DNA from: Candidatus Poribacteria bacterium
GTDB lineage: Bacteria > Poribacteria > WGA-4E > JAJDTR01
Length of the DNA: 64,000 nt
NCBI GenBank assembly: GCA_965222225.1
Contig: CBDCTK010000002.1
Location: forward strand, 2,784,001-2,848,000
Direction: 5' to 3'
A model generated the notes under the pieces. It made no database searches. It was given only the letters and a program-made list of their open reading frames with translations, and was not told the origin of the DNA. Below, piece after piece: positions 1 through 10,074 of this stretch. Every line of letters begins with the position of its first letter. Position 1 is the stretch's first letter. Both the position numbers and the translations under genes were made by a program.

Positions 1-2640
1 CAGATGCTCAAGGTCGCGAAGTTCTTCGGCATAGTCAATCTCTGGAATTTCCCCAAACATCTGGCGTATTTCTTCAAAGTTTTTCAGATGATCGGCAAGG
101 AACATGAGGCGGGAAAGAACCTTCGATCTTTTGTGCGCCCCCAAGGCTGATAAATCATGGCTCGAAATGCCAATCTCAGCGAAGAGTCCATCTTCGTCAT
201 TGTCGAGTACATCGATAAGCTCAGCGTACGCTTCAGACAGCTCCGTTAACTCGTCGCTGCTCATCATGAGATCCTGCATCATCTGATAGAACGCTACGTC
301 AATCTCGGCTTCGGCCGTGATATTGATACGCTTTAAGTCGTCAATTGCGTCACGGAAACCTTGCTGCGCCCGACGTAGGTGGTCAATGTGTTTATGTGCG
401 TCTACTGCGGAGCGATAATTGAATTCATCGGTTAGGCGTCGGGCAATGCGGCGGACTTTTTTGCCTGCGAATATAAAGCCGATGAGCGGCATCCTTGCAT
501 CTTGGAACTCGTCAATAATTCGACCCAACACTGGTAGGTTTGCTACTTGAAACTTCCCGAAACTCTTCATCTCGTCTGTGATTGTGCAGGCACTTGCCAC
601 ACTCATCATCTTTTTTTGAAAGTCAAGAAATATCTCAAGCGGACGTCGTTGTATCTCGCAGCCGTTCACGGACAAGAGCGACTGGATTTCAGGCAGCAGA
701 AAAAAATCGGCGACAACCTTGGCCTTAAGAACACCGCGTCTAAAATCACTATGACGGCAAAGGAAGTCTGAGTCGTCTGTCAGAAAATCAAAGTGTTTCT
801 CGGCTTTTTGAAGCGCGATAATCCGTTTCATCTCAATGGCGATGGCCGCGGTGGAGGTGCCTGCAATCCTCCCCTTCAGGGACCGTTCCTTGTCTTCAAC
901 ATTCTTTTTGAATTCGCCCTTCTTTGCCTTGAAGACTTGGTGACTTTGATGTATCTGACTAATCGTCTTCACCGCTAGAATCTTGGCATAGGTGCTGCCC
1001 TGTTTACCAAGCCGTAGGATTGGATCCTGGAAATTTTCACCAAGGCGAACTGTCTTCAGGGTGTCCGTGATTTTTTGTTCGGCAACATTGAGTGCTTCTT
1101 TTTTTTCGGAGAGAATGAGCACATTACGATTCTTTAGAATTGCATCAAAGACCACAGCCGTAATCGTGTGCGACTTACCAGTTCCTGGCGGCCCCTCGAC
1201 CGCGATGTACTTCCCCTCGGACGTGTTGAGAGCAAAGAGTATCTTCCGTTGCTCCTCGTTGAGCGGTACCGGGCTGTCATAGACGAGGCGATCGGGCAGC
1301 GTGGTGTTCAGCCATTTTTCGCTAACATGGTCCTCGAGCGATTCAGGATCCTCTGTCATGAACCTCATGATGAGCGCCTTGAATTCTTCGCCCACTGGGC
1401 TCTCCCCGTTGAGCAACTCAAGCAGTTCCTCGTAATCGTTAAGGAGGCTTTCGTCAGACTGGTCGAAAGCTGCGAAGTGAAGGCTATTGTCGATTGAGAT
1501 TTGCGACCGTGCTATCTTCTGCGGTCTCAAATCGTGCAGGTCTATCTCCCCGTCCATTGCGAGCGCATTGGTGAACTCATCAAGCGTGTCCTGAATATGT
1601 GCTAGGAATGTCTCTCCCTGGCCAACATATACGATTCGCTCTGAAAGTGAAAAGGCGATTGGTTTATTGATTGCGCGGCTAACTTCGCTGATTCCGAAAT
1701 CTATAGCCTTCTTGTTAATAAGTAGATGGGGGTCGATCCGAATCGTGTAAATAGACTCAGAGAGTTCGACCTCGACGGGAAAATAGAATATCGGATACGA
1801 CGTTTTGCCGAATCGCAAGGCACTTACATAGACATAAATCTGGAAGTTTTCTTTGAGTTTCAGCGTGGCTCTCAGTTCACTCAGATCACTATGAAAATCA
1901 CTGGTAGTGAAACCTTCAAAATAGTAATTCAGTTTTGTCCGAATGAGGCCAAGCTGGCAAGTCTCCTCAACAAGCCTATCAAACTCTTCGTAATTGTCAT
2001 TGACAATGGCCGAGGCAATAACAACCGGGATTGGCTCAGTTAGAGGATCGACGAGCAGGTCACCGAGTTCCTCCTCAAGGTTGTAAATCGTCTCAAGACT
2101 CTCGTTGCCTTGGTTTTCTAAGAATGTACCTAGGCTCGTCAATAACGGATTGACACTGGTAAGAAGGAGTGCTGACTTTAGTTGAGAAATGACATAATCG
2201 GCAAAGCGCTCTGGGTCGTCAGCGAGATGCTTACAATTCTCACGAGCGAATGCTTTCACGGCGTCGATAATCTCCGCGATCTTCTCGCCATCGACACCAT
2301 TTATGTGCTGGTTGATAACCTCTAGCAAGTACACACTTAATCGTGAGCGATATCTCTCGCGACGGATTCTGAACTCCAACGCCATCTTAGTATCGAAGGG
2401 CTGTCCAAGCAAATTCCAAAGATCCCGTGTCAATTCTGGATATTTCGATAGCGGTACACCAGTCCGGATTCCGCTACTGTCCCTTGAAGAGATTTGACGC
2501 TTAGGCGCAGACGTTTTCTTGAAGTCAGTATCCAGAAAGTCTCGGAAATAACTGGCAATGGAACCAACCCAATTATTTTCTGGCGACAAAGCAACGGGGT
2601 TTTCTATGTTTGGAGGTGTTTCCTTACCAATCAACGACAA
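1..2640 (-). CDS. Large superfamily-1 (UPF1/DNA2-like) helicase, 3' end beyond window; candidate defence protein
   Basis: Not in ORF track because it has no stop in the window. Manual translation from TTG 2640 (AAGGA upstream) is open to base 1: ...YFRDFLDTDFKK...PLNEEQRKIL...AVEGPPGTGKSHTITAVV...VLILSEKKEALNVAE (Q motif, Walker A, motif Ia). Confidence 0.85.
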   Translation of the reverse strand, partial: MSLIGKETPPNIENPVALSPENNWVGSIASYFRDFLDTDFKKTSAPKRQISSRDSSGIRTGVPLSKYPELTRDLWNLLGQPFDTKMALEFRIRRERYRSRLSVYLLEVINQHINGVDGEKIAEIIDAVKAFARENCKHLADDPERFADYVISQLKSALLLTSVNPLLTSLGTFLENQGNESLETIYNLEEELGDLLVDPLTEPIPVVIASAIVNDNYEEFDRLVEETCQLGLIRTKLNYYFEGFTTSDFHSDLSELRATLKLKENFQIYVYVSALRFGKTSYPIFYFPVEVELSESIYTIRIDPHLLINKKAIDFGISEVSRAINKPIAFSLSERIVYVGQGETFLAHIQDTLDEFTNALAMDGEIDLHDLRPQKIARSQISIDNSLHFAAFDQSDESLLNDYEELLELLNGESPVGEEFKALIMRFMTEDPESLEDHVSEKWLNTTLPDRLVYDSPVPLNEEQRKILFALNTSEGKYIAVEGPPGTGKSHTITAVVFDAILKNRNVLILSEKKEALNVAEQKITDTLKTVRLGENFQDPILRLGKQGSTYAKILAVKTISQIHQSHQVFKAKKGEFKKNVEDKERSLKGRIAGTSTAAIAIEMKRIIALQKAEKHFDFLTDDSDFLCRHSDFRRGVLKAKVVADFFLLPEIQSLLSVNGCEIQRRPLEIFLDFQKKMMSVASACTITDEMKSFGKFQVANLPVLGRIIDEFQDARMPLIGFIFAGKKVRRIARRLTDEFNYRSAVDAHKHIDHLRRAQQGFRDAIDDLKRINITAEAEIDVAFYQMMQDLMMSSDELTELSEAYAELIDVLDNDEDGLFAEIGISSHDLSALGAHKRSKVLSRLMFLADHLKNFEEIRQMFGEIPEIDYAEELRDLEHL

Positions 2641-3070
2641 TTCCTTACGTCAGCGACCTTCTGTCGCCGCTGGCTACAATTACTCAACAAATTTTTATTT
2701 GGTCGTCCGGATGAACCTTCTTATACACCCACCCATGTGTCGACCGACCTCGCTGGAAATCAAAGATTCATAAGTTCAGAACCGTCCCGATTTTGAGATT
2801 CAATCTGCCCTTGAGGAACGGTGATTGCGACGAGAATCGAGCACTTCCGGTACCTTGACTACCTTCCTAATCCCGTAGGCCATTTGAGTCATTGTACCTC
2901 TCTCATCCCGTTCTCGTCGTTGACCGCCCGGGGAAATATACTATACTTTCATTGTGATGTCAAGAACACCCCAACCACCCCTCGCTGTGAGCAAACCACC
3001 TTGCACCTTCCTCCCGCCATTGGGTATCATACACATTCACAAATACGTTTACCTTTATTAGGAGGAATCA

Positions 3071-3493
3071 ATGGCTCTCAACACCTACTTAACCTTTGAA
3101 GGCAACTGCCGCGAAGTGTTTGAATTCTACCGCTCCGTCTTCGGCGGGGAGTTCGCGTTCATCTCGACATTCCGCGAAGGGCCGGAAGACATGGGCGTTG
3201 CGGAGGTGGAGCTTGACCGTATCCTGCACGTTTCCCTTCCCGTTGGCTCAAGCGTCCTCATGGGCAGCGACAGTTGCTCATCGTTCGGTCCCCCGCCGGT
3301 CGTAGGGAACAACGTCTCACTCTCCTTCGAAGCGGAAAGCAAAGAACATGCGGACGAAATCTTCGCCAAACTGTCAAGCGGCGGCGAGGTGAAGTGCCCG
3401 ATGGCAGATGCGTTCTGGGGCGCCTATTTCGGCGCATGCACCGACAAATTCGGCATCAACTGGCAGATTATCGCTAAACAATCACAAGACTGA
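3071..3493 (+). CDS. PhnB-like VOC family protein
   Basis: YLTFEGNCREVFEFY...LMGSD...FWGAYFG.CTDKFGINWQ; AGGAGG RBS. Confidence 0.9.
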   Translation: MALNTYLTFEGNCREVFEFYRSVFGGEFAFISTFREGPEDMGVAEVELDRILHVSLPVGSSVLMGSDSCSSFGPPPVVGNNVSLSFEAESKEHADEIFAKLSSGGEVKCPMADAFWGAYFGACTDKFGINWQIIAKQSQD

Positions 3494-3552
3494 ACAGGCG
3501 CGCGTCCAACGGCTCGCAATATCCACCATTTTCCATCGGCAGCGAGGTCAAC

Positions 3553-3972
3553 ATGTCCAAGATCGATAACCCTGAAGTTGCGCGAGTGTTCGACGGCTAC
3601 CCGGAGCCCATGCGCAAGAAAATGATGCGCCTCCGGCAACTCGTCCTGGACACGGCATCGGAGACCGAGGGCGTCGACGCGCCGGAGGAAACCCTGAAGT
3701 GGGGAGAACCCAGCTACCTCACGAAGGACGGCAGCACAATCAGAATGGACTGGAAGGCCAGGGCGCCCGACCAGTACGCGATGTACTTCAATTGCAACAC
3801 GTTGTTGGTCGCCACATTCAAAGCGGTCTACGGTGATGTGTTCACATTCGAGGACAACAGAGCCATCGTGTTCGGCGAAACCGACGAGTTCCCGGTCGAC
3901 GAGCTGAAACACTGCATCTCGCTCGCTCTGACATATCATCGCGTGAAACATCTACCGTGGCTAGGCGCCTGA
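3553..3972 (+). CDS. DUF1801 (YdhG-like) domain protein
   Basis: LRQLVLDTA...EETLKWGEPSY...IRMDWK...GDVFTFEDNRAI. Confidence 0.8.
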   Translation: MSKIDNPEVARVFDGYPEPMRKKMMRLRQLVLDTASETEGVDAPEETLKWGEPSYLTKDGSTIRMDWKARAPDQYAMYFNCNTLLVATFKAVYGDVFTFEDNRAIVFGETDEFPVDELKHCISLALTYHRVKHLPWLGA

Positions 3973-4009
3973 CCGAGACGCTCAGCGGCGCTTTCTCAGG
4001 AAATATCTC

Positions 4010-4600
4010 ATGGACAAGATTGACTTCAAAAAGACGATGAAGAATCTCTATCGTGCCACCAACAAGGTGGAGCGCGTCAAGCCGGGCGAGGGAACCTTCC
4101 TGGTTGTGGATGGGCAGGGCGCTCCCGGCGGCGAAGCGTTTCAAAAGGCGATTCAAGACCTCTACCCGGTCGCCTACACCGTGAAATTCTCTCTGAAAAA
4201 GGCGGGGACGATCGACTTTGTCGTTCCTCCTCTGGAGGCGCTTTGGTACGATGATCCGGCTGAAGTTCCCGACGTTTCCCGGTGGCGTTGGAGGACGATG
4301 ATCCGTGTGCCGGAGAGTGTGAAAAGCGAGCAGCTGCAAGAGGCACAGAGTACCATCTTGGAGAAGAAGGGAACTGACACCTCCGACGTCCAATTGGTAA
4401 GATGGGAGGAAGGCGATAGCCTTCAGGTCTTGCACATTGGCCCCTACGACCAAGTCGGAGCTATCTACGAACAGTTTCAGAGTAGGGCGCTGTTAGAAAA
4501 TGTCACTCTCCAGCCTCCGGGGCATGAAATCTATCTCAGCGATCCCCGTCGTACCGCGCCAGAAAAGCTCAAGACAATCGTACGGATGTCCCTAGTTTGA
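4010..4600 (+). CDS. GyrI-like small-molecule-binding protein
   Basis: KIDFKK...FLVVDGQGAP...PLEALW...LHIGPYD...HEIYLSDPRRTAPEKLKTIVR. Confidence 0.88.
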   Translation: MDKIDFKKTMKNLYRATNKVERVKPGEGTFLVVDGQGAPGGEAFQKAIQDLYPVAYTVKFSLKKAGTIDFVVPPLEALWYDDPAEVPDVSRWRWRTMIRVPESVKSEQLQEAQSTILEKKGTDTSDVQLVRWEEGDSLQVLHIGPYDQVGAIYEQFQSRALLENVTLQPPGHEIYLSDPRRTAPEKLKTIVRMSLV

Positions 4601-4728
4601 GAATCTCTGTAGCCATCTCCCCGGCAGGAAATTTCGCAGCCACATCCGGTGAGAGCACAATTCCGTGCCGTTACCCCGACATGCTCTCTTCAGCACATCT
4701 ATATTAGGATTTACCCAGTTCGGTTTTT

Positions 4729-4756
4729 GTAGGGAACGCAGATCTGCGTTCCCTAC
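4729..4756. repeat. GTAG-type REP palindrome GTAGGGAACGCAGATCTGCGTTCCCTAC
   Basis: Perfect palindrome; near-identical copies at ~10975-10999 and ~49450-49477. Confidence 0.85.
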
Positions 4757-4796
4757 TTGCATCATTTAAAGAAAGAGAGTACATAGGGAATAACGA

Positions 4797-4831
4797 TCAA
4801 GCGAGTGAATAACGAGTGCGATAGAGATCCC
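4797..4831 (+). mobile_element. 35-bp TCAA...TCCC insertion element splitting a REP palindrome
   Basis: TAGGGAATAACGA|insert|TCGTTATTCCCTA; an uninterrupted version of this palindrome lies at ~10740-10766. Confidence 0.8.
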
Positions 4832-4941
4832 TCGTTATTCCCTACTACAAGCGCCCTGCAAAATGAGATTGTCGTGAAGATAGCCATTTCTACTTTTTGC
4901 GTAAGTCCTATATTAATTGGACAAGAGGAAATAGCATAACA

Positions 4942-5544
4942 ATGTCAAATGAGAGAATTATTGAGCTCGAACAGAATATCGGCAAGTTAATAGCAGAGCT
5001 CAATGCTCTGCGCAAGACCAACCCGGGGACGCCGGTCCCCAATTACACCTTTGCGACGCTGACCAGTCAGGTGACGCTGCTCGAACTGTTCGGCGGAAAG
5101 GACAAGCTGCTGGCTATCCATAACATGGGACAGGGCTGCCGCTATTGCACGTTATGGGCGGACGGCTTCAACGGCTTGTTGCCCCATCTGGAATCTGCCC
5201 TGTCCGTCGTGTTGCTCTCGAAGGATCCGCCCGAAGTTCAGCGCCGGTTTGCCAACGCCCGCGGCTGGCGGATTCGCCTAGCGTCGCACGGAGGCGGGGT
5301 TTACATGCGTGAGCAGTCGGTGGTTAACGAAGAAGACAATTACCCGGGCGCCGTGGTCTACGAACGGGACGGTGACACCATTCTGCGCAAGAGCGCGTGC
5401 GAGTTCGGCCCAGGCGACATCTACTGTGCGATGTGGAGCCTTCTCGGCTTGGCGGGACTCGGCGAAGATGAATGGACGCCGCAGTACACCTATTGGAAAC
5501 GTCCCGCCGAATTGGACGACGGCGGCTTGGACGTGCTTGACTGA
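4942..5544 (+). CDS. DUF899 family thioredoxin-like protein
   Basis: VTLLELFGGKDKLLAIHNMGQGCRYCTLWADGFNG (CxxC). Confidence 0.8.
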   Translation: MSNERIIELEQNIGKLIAELNALRKTNPGTPVPNYTFATLTSQVTLLELFGGKDKLLAIHNMGQGCRYCTLWADGFNGLLPHLESALSVVLLSKDPPEVQRRFANARGWRIRLASHGGGVYMREQSVVNEEDNYPGAVVYERDGDTILRKSACEFGPGDIYCAMWSLLGLAGLGEDEWTPQYTYWKRPAELDDGGLDVLD

Positions 5545-5577
5545 ACGCGGCAACAAGCCGCTGCGGAGCCTACCGAA

Positions 5578-6558
5578 ATGGCACAAGACGTTTTGACACA
5601 AGCAGGCGCCTTTGCGCGTGAGGGCAACCTTGAGGCACTCGAAAATCTGCTCTCCTCCTCCCCGGCGGTTCTCACGGCAAGGGATTCCGAAGGGCGCACG
5701 CTGCTCGATCTTGCTTGCCGCGCCGCGACCGGAGACATCGCCATTCCCTTGCACCCGGGCACACCCGAACAGCATGCCGCCGTTGACCTGATCTTGAAGG
5801 CGGGTGCTGACCCGTCCGCCGCCGACCACGACAACTGGTCGCCGCTGCATTCCGCGGCTATGGCAGGCCACACCGACCTGGCACGGCGGCTCGTCGCCGC
5901 GGGCGCTTCTACCGAGATGAACGCATATGGCAAGGAAGGCGGCTCTCCGCTGTCCTACGCGCTGTTTTACGCCAAAGCCTATATGGGCGAGGTGTTGGTG
6001 CCGGTCTATCCCGACAATCTGCGCGCCGCTGCCGCGCTCGGGAACGACCTCGGCCGATTCGTTGACGGCGATGAGCTGACGCCGGATGCCTACCGCGGAC
6101 TCGACTTCTACGCCCCCGAGTTTTTCCCGGCTTGGGATCGCACCCGCAGCCGTCAGGAGGTGCTTGATGAATCGCTTTCTTGGGCGGCGCGGAACAACCA
6201 GAGCAATTCCATGGCAGCGCTCGTCGCTCTCGGCGCGGACGTCAACGCCAATCCCTTCCGCGGCACGCCGCTCCTGTGGGCGTGCTACAGCGACAAGGTC
6301 GAAGCGGCGGCTTGGTTGCTGGATCATGGCGCGGATTCGGATCTGCGGCACGATTGGGGCGGCGAAGGCCACGGCGTCGATGCCGTCGCCATGCACCTGG
6401 CGGCGCAATACAACTGCGTGAGATGCTTGAACCTACTGCTCGACCGAGGAGCCGATTCGACCGTCGTCGACGGCGCCCACGACGGCACACCCAAGGGATG
6501 GGCGGAATTTCACGGTGCGACCGACGCCGTCGAGATATTAAACCGACGAGTCGGATAG
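5578..6558 (+). CDS. Ankyrin-repeat protein
   Basis: GRTLLDLA, WSPLHSAA.AGH, GTPLLWA, LLDRGAD repeats; no signal peptide evident. Confidence 0.88.
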   Translation: MAQDVLTQAGAFAREGNLEALENLLSSSPAVLTARDSEGRTLLDLACRAATGDIAIPLHPGTPEQHAAVDLILKAGADPSAADHDNWSPLHSAAMAGHTDLARRLVAAGASTEMNAYGKEGGSPLSYALFYAKAYMGEVLVPVYPDNLRAAAALGNDLGRFVDGDELTPDAYRGLDFYAPEFFPAWDRTRSRQEVLDESLSWAARNNQSNSMAALVALGADVNANPFRGTPLLWACYSDKVEAAAWLLDHGADSDLRHDWGGEGHGVDAVAMHLAAQYNCVRCLNLLLDRGADSTVVDGAHDGTPKGWAEFHGATDAVEILNRRVG

Positions 6559-6687
6559 CGTGTCAGCCTGCCTTGCCCCGGACCCCATCATTGACTTGAT
6601 ACGCGGCGCGTGCGTTGACCCTCGCGCCGATGGTATGATATACTCACGCGCGTCTACAGATTCTCGCACTTTTTTCGGGAGGAAACG

Positions 6688-7122
6688 ATGATTCTCAACA
6701 CCTACTTAACCTTCGACGACAACTGCCGAGAAGTGTTTGAATTCTACCGTTCCATCTTCGGCGGCGAGTTTGAAACTCTTATGACGTTCCGTGATGGCCC
6801 GGAGGACATGAACGTCGCTGAAGAGGAGCTTGACCGTATCATGCACGTCTCACTTCCGATCGGATCCAGTGTCCTCATGGGCAGCGACAGTTGTTCAGGG
6901 TTCGGTCCACCGCCTGTCGTAGGGAACAACTTCTCGCTCTCGTTCCAAGCGGAGAGCAGAGAACATGCGGACGAGGTCTTCGCCAATCTGTCAGACGGCG
7001 GCGAAGCGAAGTGGCCAATGGGCGACATGTTCTGGGGCGCATACTTCGGCGGATGCACCGACAAGTTCGGCATCAACTGGCAGGTGCTTGCCCAATGCGA
7101 AGATGATCAAGCGAGCGAATAG
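6688..7122 (+). CDS. PhnB-like VOC family protein (paralog of 3071-3493)
   Basis: Long identical stretches to the first copy (VSLP.GSSVLMGSDSCS.FGPPPVVGNN); GGAGG RBS. Confidence 0.9.
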   Translation: MILNTYLTFDDNCREVFEFYRSIFGGEFETLMTFRDGPEDMNVAEEELDRIMHVSLPIGSSVLMGSDSCSGFGPPPVVGNNFSLSFQAESREHADEVFANLSDGGEAKWPMGDMFWGAYFGGCTDKFGINWQVLAQCEDDQASE

Positions 7123-7212
7123 CGAGCAGGATTTTCTATGGGAGTTCTATCGCACTCATTATTCATTCGCTTGATCCCTCCTTATCCAGTCGGTTGATCG
7201 ATAGAGATCCCC
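7105..7212. repeat. Cluster of 35-bp-element copies in both orientations
   Basis: GATCAAGCGAGCGAATAGCGAGC (7105, +), full reverse copy 7140-7176, further fragments to 7212. Confidence 0.75.
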
Positions 7213-7309
7213 TTGCCCCACCGACTTTGCGCGAAGGCAAGACTTTTTACTCCGCTCCACGCAATCAATGCACTAGCATTTTAGAGAAATGGTATAAGCC
7301 ACAATCTTC

Positions 7310-7450
7310 ATGAACGAAAAATCGAAGGTACGTACCTGTCTCTGGTTTGACAACCAAGGCGAAGAGGCGGCACAAAGGGCGCACAACGCCATGATGAAAA
7401 TGGCCAAGATAGACATCGCTGCCCTTGAGTCCGCTTTTAACGGTGAGTAG
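7310..7450 (+). pseudogene. Internally deleted VOC (3-demethylubiquinone-9 3-methyltransferase-like) gene
   Basis: MNEKSKVRTCLWFDNQGEEAA|QRAHNAMMKMAKIDIAALESAFNGE*: family-type N-terminus joined directly to family-type C-terminus (46 aa). Confidence 0.75.
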
Positions 7451-7672
7451 TGCGGCGGAGGAACCGTGCACTGCTGTCTCCGCTCGACATCAATCACTGA
7501 GGGCAGACAAGTCCTTCAATATTGGGTCGAATAAGTGGCTGCCGGACTTGGCAAGCGACGAACAGTGGACACACACGACTGAACGAAAATCAACCCTACT
7601 TTCTGTCGCGCGTCAGTCATCGCTGTTGTTCGTCGCGCTGAGAGAGAACACGATAAGGATCGGGAAGCAATA

Positions 7673-8106
7673 ATGACGACCGAAACACGACCCAAGGTGC
7701 GAAAATCATTCCGGCTCTGCGCTACGTAGACGCTCCCGCCGCGATCGAATGGCTGTGCGCGGCGTTCGGCTTCGAGAAGCACTTGGTCGTGCCGGGTGAC
7801 AACGACCTGATTGCCCATGCCCAACTCACCCTTCGAAACAGTATGATTATGCTGGGTTCGGTCCGCGAAGGGGAATATGACGACCTGCTAATCCAACCGA
7901 CGGATGCCGGCGCGGTAACCCAGGCACCCTACGTGATCGTCGATGATGTGGACACCCACTGCGCGCGGGCACGGGCGTCCGGTGCCGAGATTGTAATGGA
8001 GCCTGCCGACCAAGATTATGGCGGTCGACTCTATATCTGCCGCGATATCGAGCGCCACGTATGGAACTTTGGTTCTTATGACCCATGGGCAGATCCCGGC
8101 GGCTAG
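7673..8106 (+). pseudogene. Glyoxalase/bleomycin-resistance VOC gene with 5' frameshift
   Basis: Frame reads IIPALRYVDAPAAIEWLCAAFGF...YGGRLYICRDIERHVWNFGSYDPW, but the only upstream ATG (7673) is out of frame and an in-frame TAA lies at 7654. Confidence 0.7.
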
Positions 8107-8227
8107 GAACATACACAGGTCTGCGCTCTGCGATGCTTGCGACGCCGGCGTCAAGTATTTCGAAACGTGCCAAGTTCAAATCAACAACATCTTCTTCCGT
8201 ACACATTCGCGCATGTTATGGTGAGAA

Positions 8228-9013
8228 TTGGAAACTAGAGACACATTGATAGAATCGTCAAACGAGAAGGCTGCGCTACGATACCGCGCCCGACTCTATC
8301 CGTCAGCCGAACTTTGCAGCGCGCTGCGGGAGGCACTGCGCGAGAACGGCAATCCCGAGAAAGCGCCGGGGATGCAGGCTTACATGAAGTCGGAGATGCC
8401 CTATCTCGGAGTGCAGACGCCGGCGCTGAAAGTGGTGTGCCGCAAAGTCTTCGCCGCGTACCCGCTCCGAACACAGAAACGCTGGCTGCACACCATCCTC
8501 GCCATCTGGCGGAATGCGGACTACCGGGAAGAGCGCTACGCCGCCATCAGGCTCGGCGAAAATCCCGCCTACGAGGACTTCCAGACACTTGAGGCACTGC
8601 CCTGCTACGAGGAGATGATCGTCGATGGCGCGTGGTGGGACTATATAGACACCATCGCGCCCCGGCTTGTCGGCGGTCTTCTGACCCGCTATCCGGAGGA
8701 GATGAAAGGGGTGATGCTTGAATGGGCGCACTCGTCCGACATCTGGAAACGCCGCACCTCCATCCTCTGTCAATTGAAATTCAAGGATGCCACGGACGTT
8801 GATTTCCTTCAAGCGTGCATTGAACCGTCCATAGAGCATCCCGAATTCTTCCTGCGCAAAGCGATTGCTTGGGCGCTGCGCGAGTATGCCAAGACTGATC
8901 CGGACGTGGTCATCGCCTATATCACGGAGAACGCACATCGGTTGAGCACATTCAGCAAACGCCAAGCCTTGCGCCTCCTCCTCAGGACGGGCCGCATTGA
9001 CGCCGTGCCCTAA
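8228..9013 (+). CDS. DNA alkylation repair protein (AlkD-like HEAT-repeat glycosylase); start uncertain
   Basis: MQAYMKSEMPYLGVQTP...WWDYID...WKRRTSI...EFFLRKAIAWALREY. Confidence 0.88.
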   Translation: METRDTLIESSNEKAALRYRARLYPSAELCSALREALRENGNPEKAPGMQAYMKSEMPYLGVQTPALKVVCRKVFAAYPLRTQKRWLHTILAIWRNADYREERYAAIRLGENPAYEDFQTLEALPCYEEMIVDGAWWDYIDTIAPRLVGGLLTRYPEEMKGVMLEWAHSSDIWKRRTSILCQLKFKDATDVDFLQACIEPSIEHPEFFLRKAIAWALREYAKTDPDVVIAYITENAHRLSTFSKRQALRLLLRTGRIDAVP

Positions 9014-9123
9014 CCGACGATCGGGGTTCGGGTGGGAAAGAGGACTTGTATTCTTTTATCTCAACCGTGCCGGCAATCCATGTCTAGCTATAAATCTGTT
9101 GCTTGACAAAGGAAACTCCGAAA

Positions 9124-9561
9124 ATGAACAAATGTCACTACTCAATCACGATTTCAGCGCCGCGATCCACCGTGTGGCACGTTCTGCTAGACGATGAGAC
9201 CTACAGACAGTGGACGACCGTATTCGCTGAAGGTTCGTACTTCGAGGGCGGCTGGAAGGTGGGCAGCACCCTTCGTTTCCTTACGCCGGAAAAGGACGAA
9301 ATGGTGAGGGTGTTTGCGGAAAACCGAAAGCACGAGTTTGTATCAATCGAGCACCTCGGCTGTGTCGTCAAGGGCGTCGACGATACGGAAAGTGACGAGG
9401 TGAAGGCGTGGACGCCGGCTTACGAAAATTACACACTCGCCGAAGTGGACGCTGGTACCGAACTAGTCGTTGACATAGATATACCTTCGACGTATCAGGC
9501 TTACTTTAAAGACGTATGGCCCCGAGCGCTGAAGGCAGTTAAAGAACTATCCGAAAAATAG
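9124..9561 (+). CDS. SRPBCC/AHSA1-like domain protein
   Basis: ITISAPRSTVW...YRQWT..F.EGSYFEGGW...YENYTL...WPRALK. Confidence 0.82.
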   Translation: MNKCHYSITISAPRSTVWHVLLDDETYRQWTTVFAEGSYFEGGWKVGSTLRFLTPEKDEMVRVFAENRKHEFVSIEHLGCVVKGVDDTESDEVKAWTPAYENYTLAEVDAGTELVVDIDIPSTYQAYFKDVWPRALKAVKELSEK

Positions 9562-9569
9562 GAGAAATT

Positions 9570-9968
9570 ATGAGCAGATTAACCTTTACCAACCTACCCG
9601 TTAAAGACCTCGACAAATCAAAGGAATTCTATTCCCAACTAGGATTTGAATTTAACCCCGATTTTAGCGGCGAAAATTGCGCCTGCTTGGTCATCTCCGA
9701 AGGCAGCTATTCCATGCTAATGACCGAGTCTTTTTTCCAGATGTCTACCAACAAAGAAATCGCCGACGCATCAAAGACCAGCGAGGTCGTCATCGCGTTA
9801 TCCACTGACAGCCGTGAGGAGGTCGATGCGATAGTAGACAAGGCGCTCAACGCCGGCAGCAGCGAACCGGTGCCAACCGAGGATCAGCCTTGGATGTATT
9901 GCAGGACATTCCAAGACCCCGATGGGCACGTGTGGCAACTGTTTCACATGAGCCAAGGAGAGGGGTAA
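9570..9968 (+). CDS. VOC/glyoxalase family protein
   Basis: NLPVKDLDKSKEFYSQLGF...MYCRTFQDPDGHVW. Confidence 0.9.
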   Translation: MSRLTFTNLPVKDLDKSKEFYSQLGFEFNPDFSGENCACLVISEGSYSMLMTESFFQMSTNKEIADASKTSEVVIALSTDSREEVDAIVDKALNAGSSEPVPTEDQPWMYCRTFQDPDGHVWQLFHMSQGEG

Positions 9969-10074
9969 CCCACCTATCTCGGTCATCGCACACTGCGCGG
10001 ACTGGTGAATAGCCTTCGGTCAAAGGGATGATATAGTTCCGCAACATCCGTCCTTCGACGAAAGGAGAGATAGC

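Larger units (their letters stand above)
4705..4910. mobile_element. MITE-like element with TAGGATTTACCCA...TGCGTAAGTCCTA terminal inverted repeats, containing REP palindromes and a 35-bp insert
   Basis: Imperfect 13-bp TIRs ending in TA; related ends at 32092-32193, 37913-37925 and ~40248. Confidence 0.6.

Noticed and set aside
2800-2892. 30-codon minus-strand ORF with GAGG RBS upstream of the helicase
   Set aside because: Too short, with no recognisable motif; cannot be supported.
4795-4831. DGR-type adenine mutagenesis as the source of element variability
   Set aside because: No reverse transcriptase or TR/VR pair in the window; many adenines are invariant on both strands and the variable doublets are not A-enriched.
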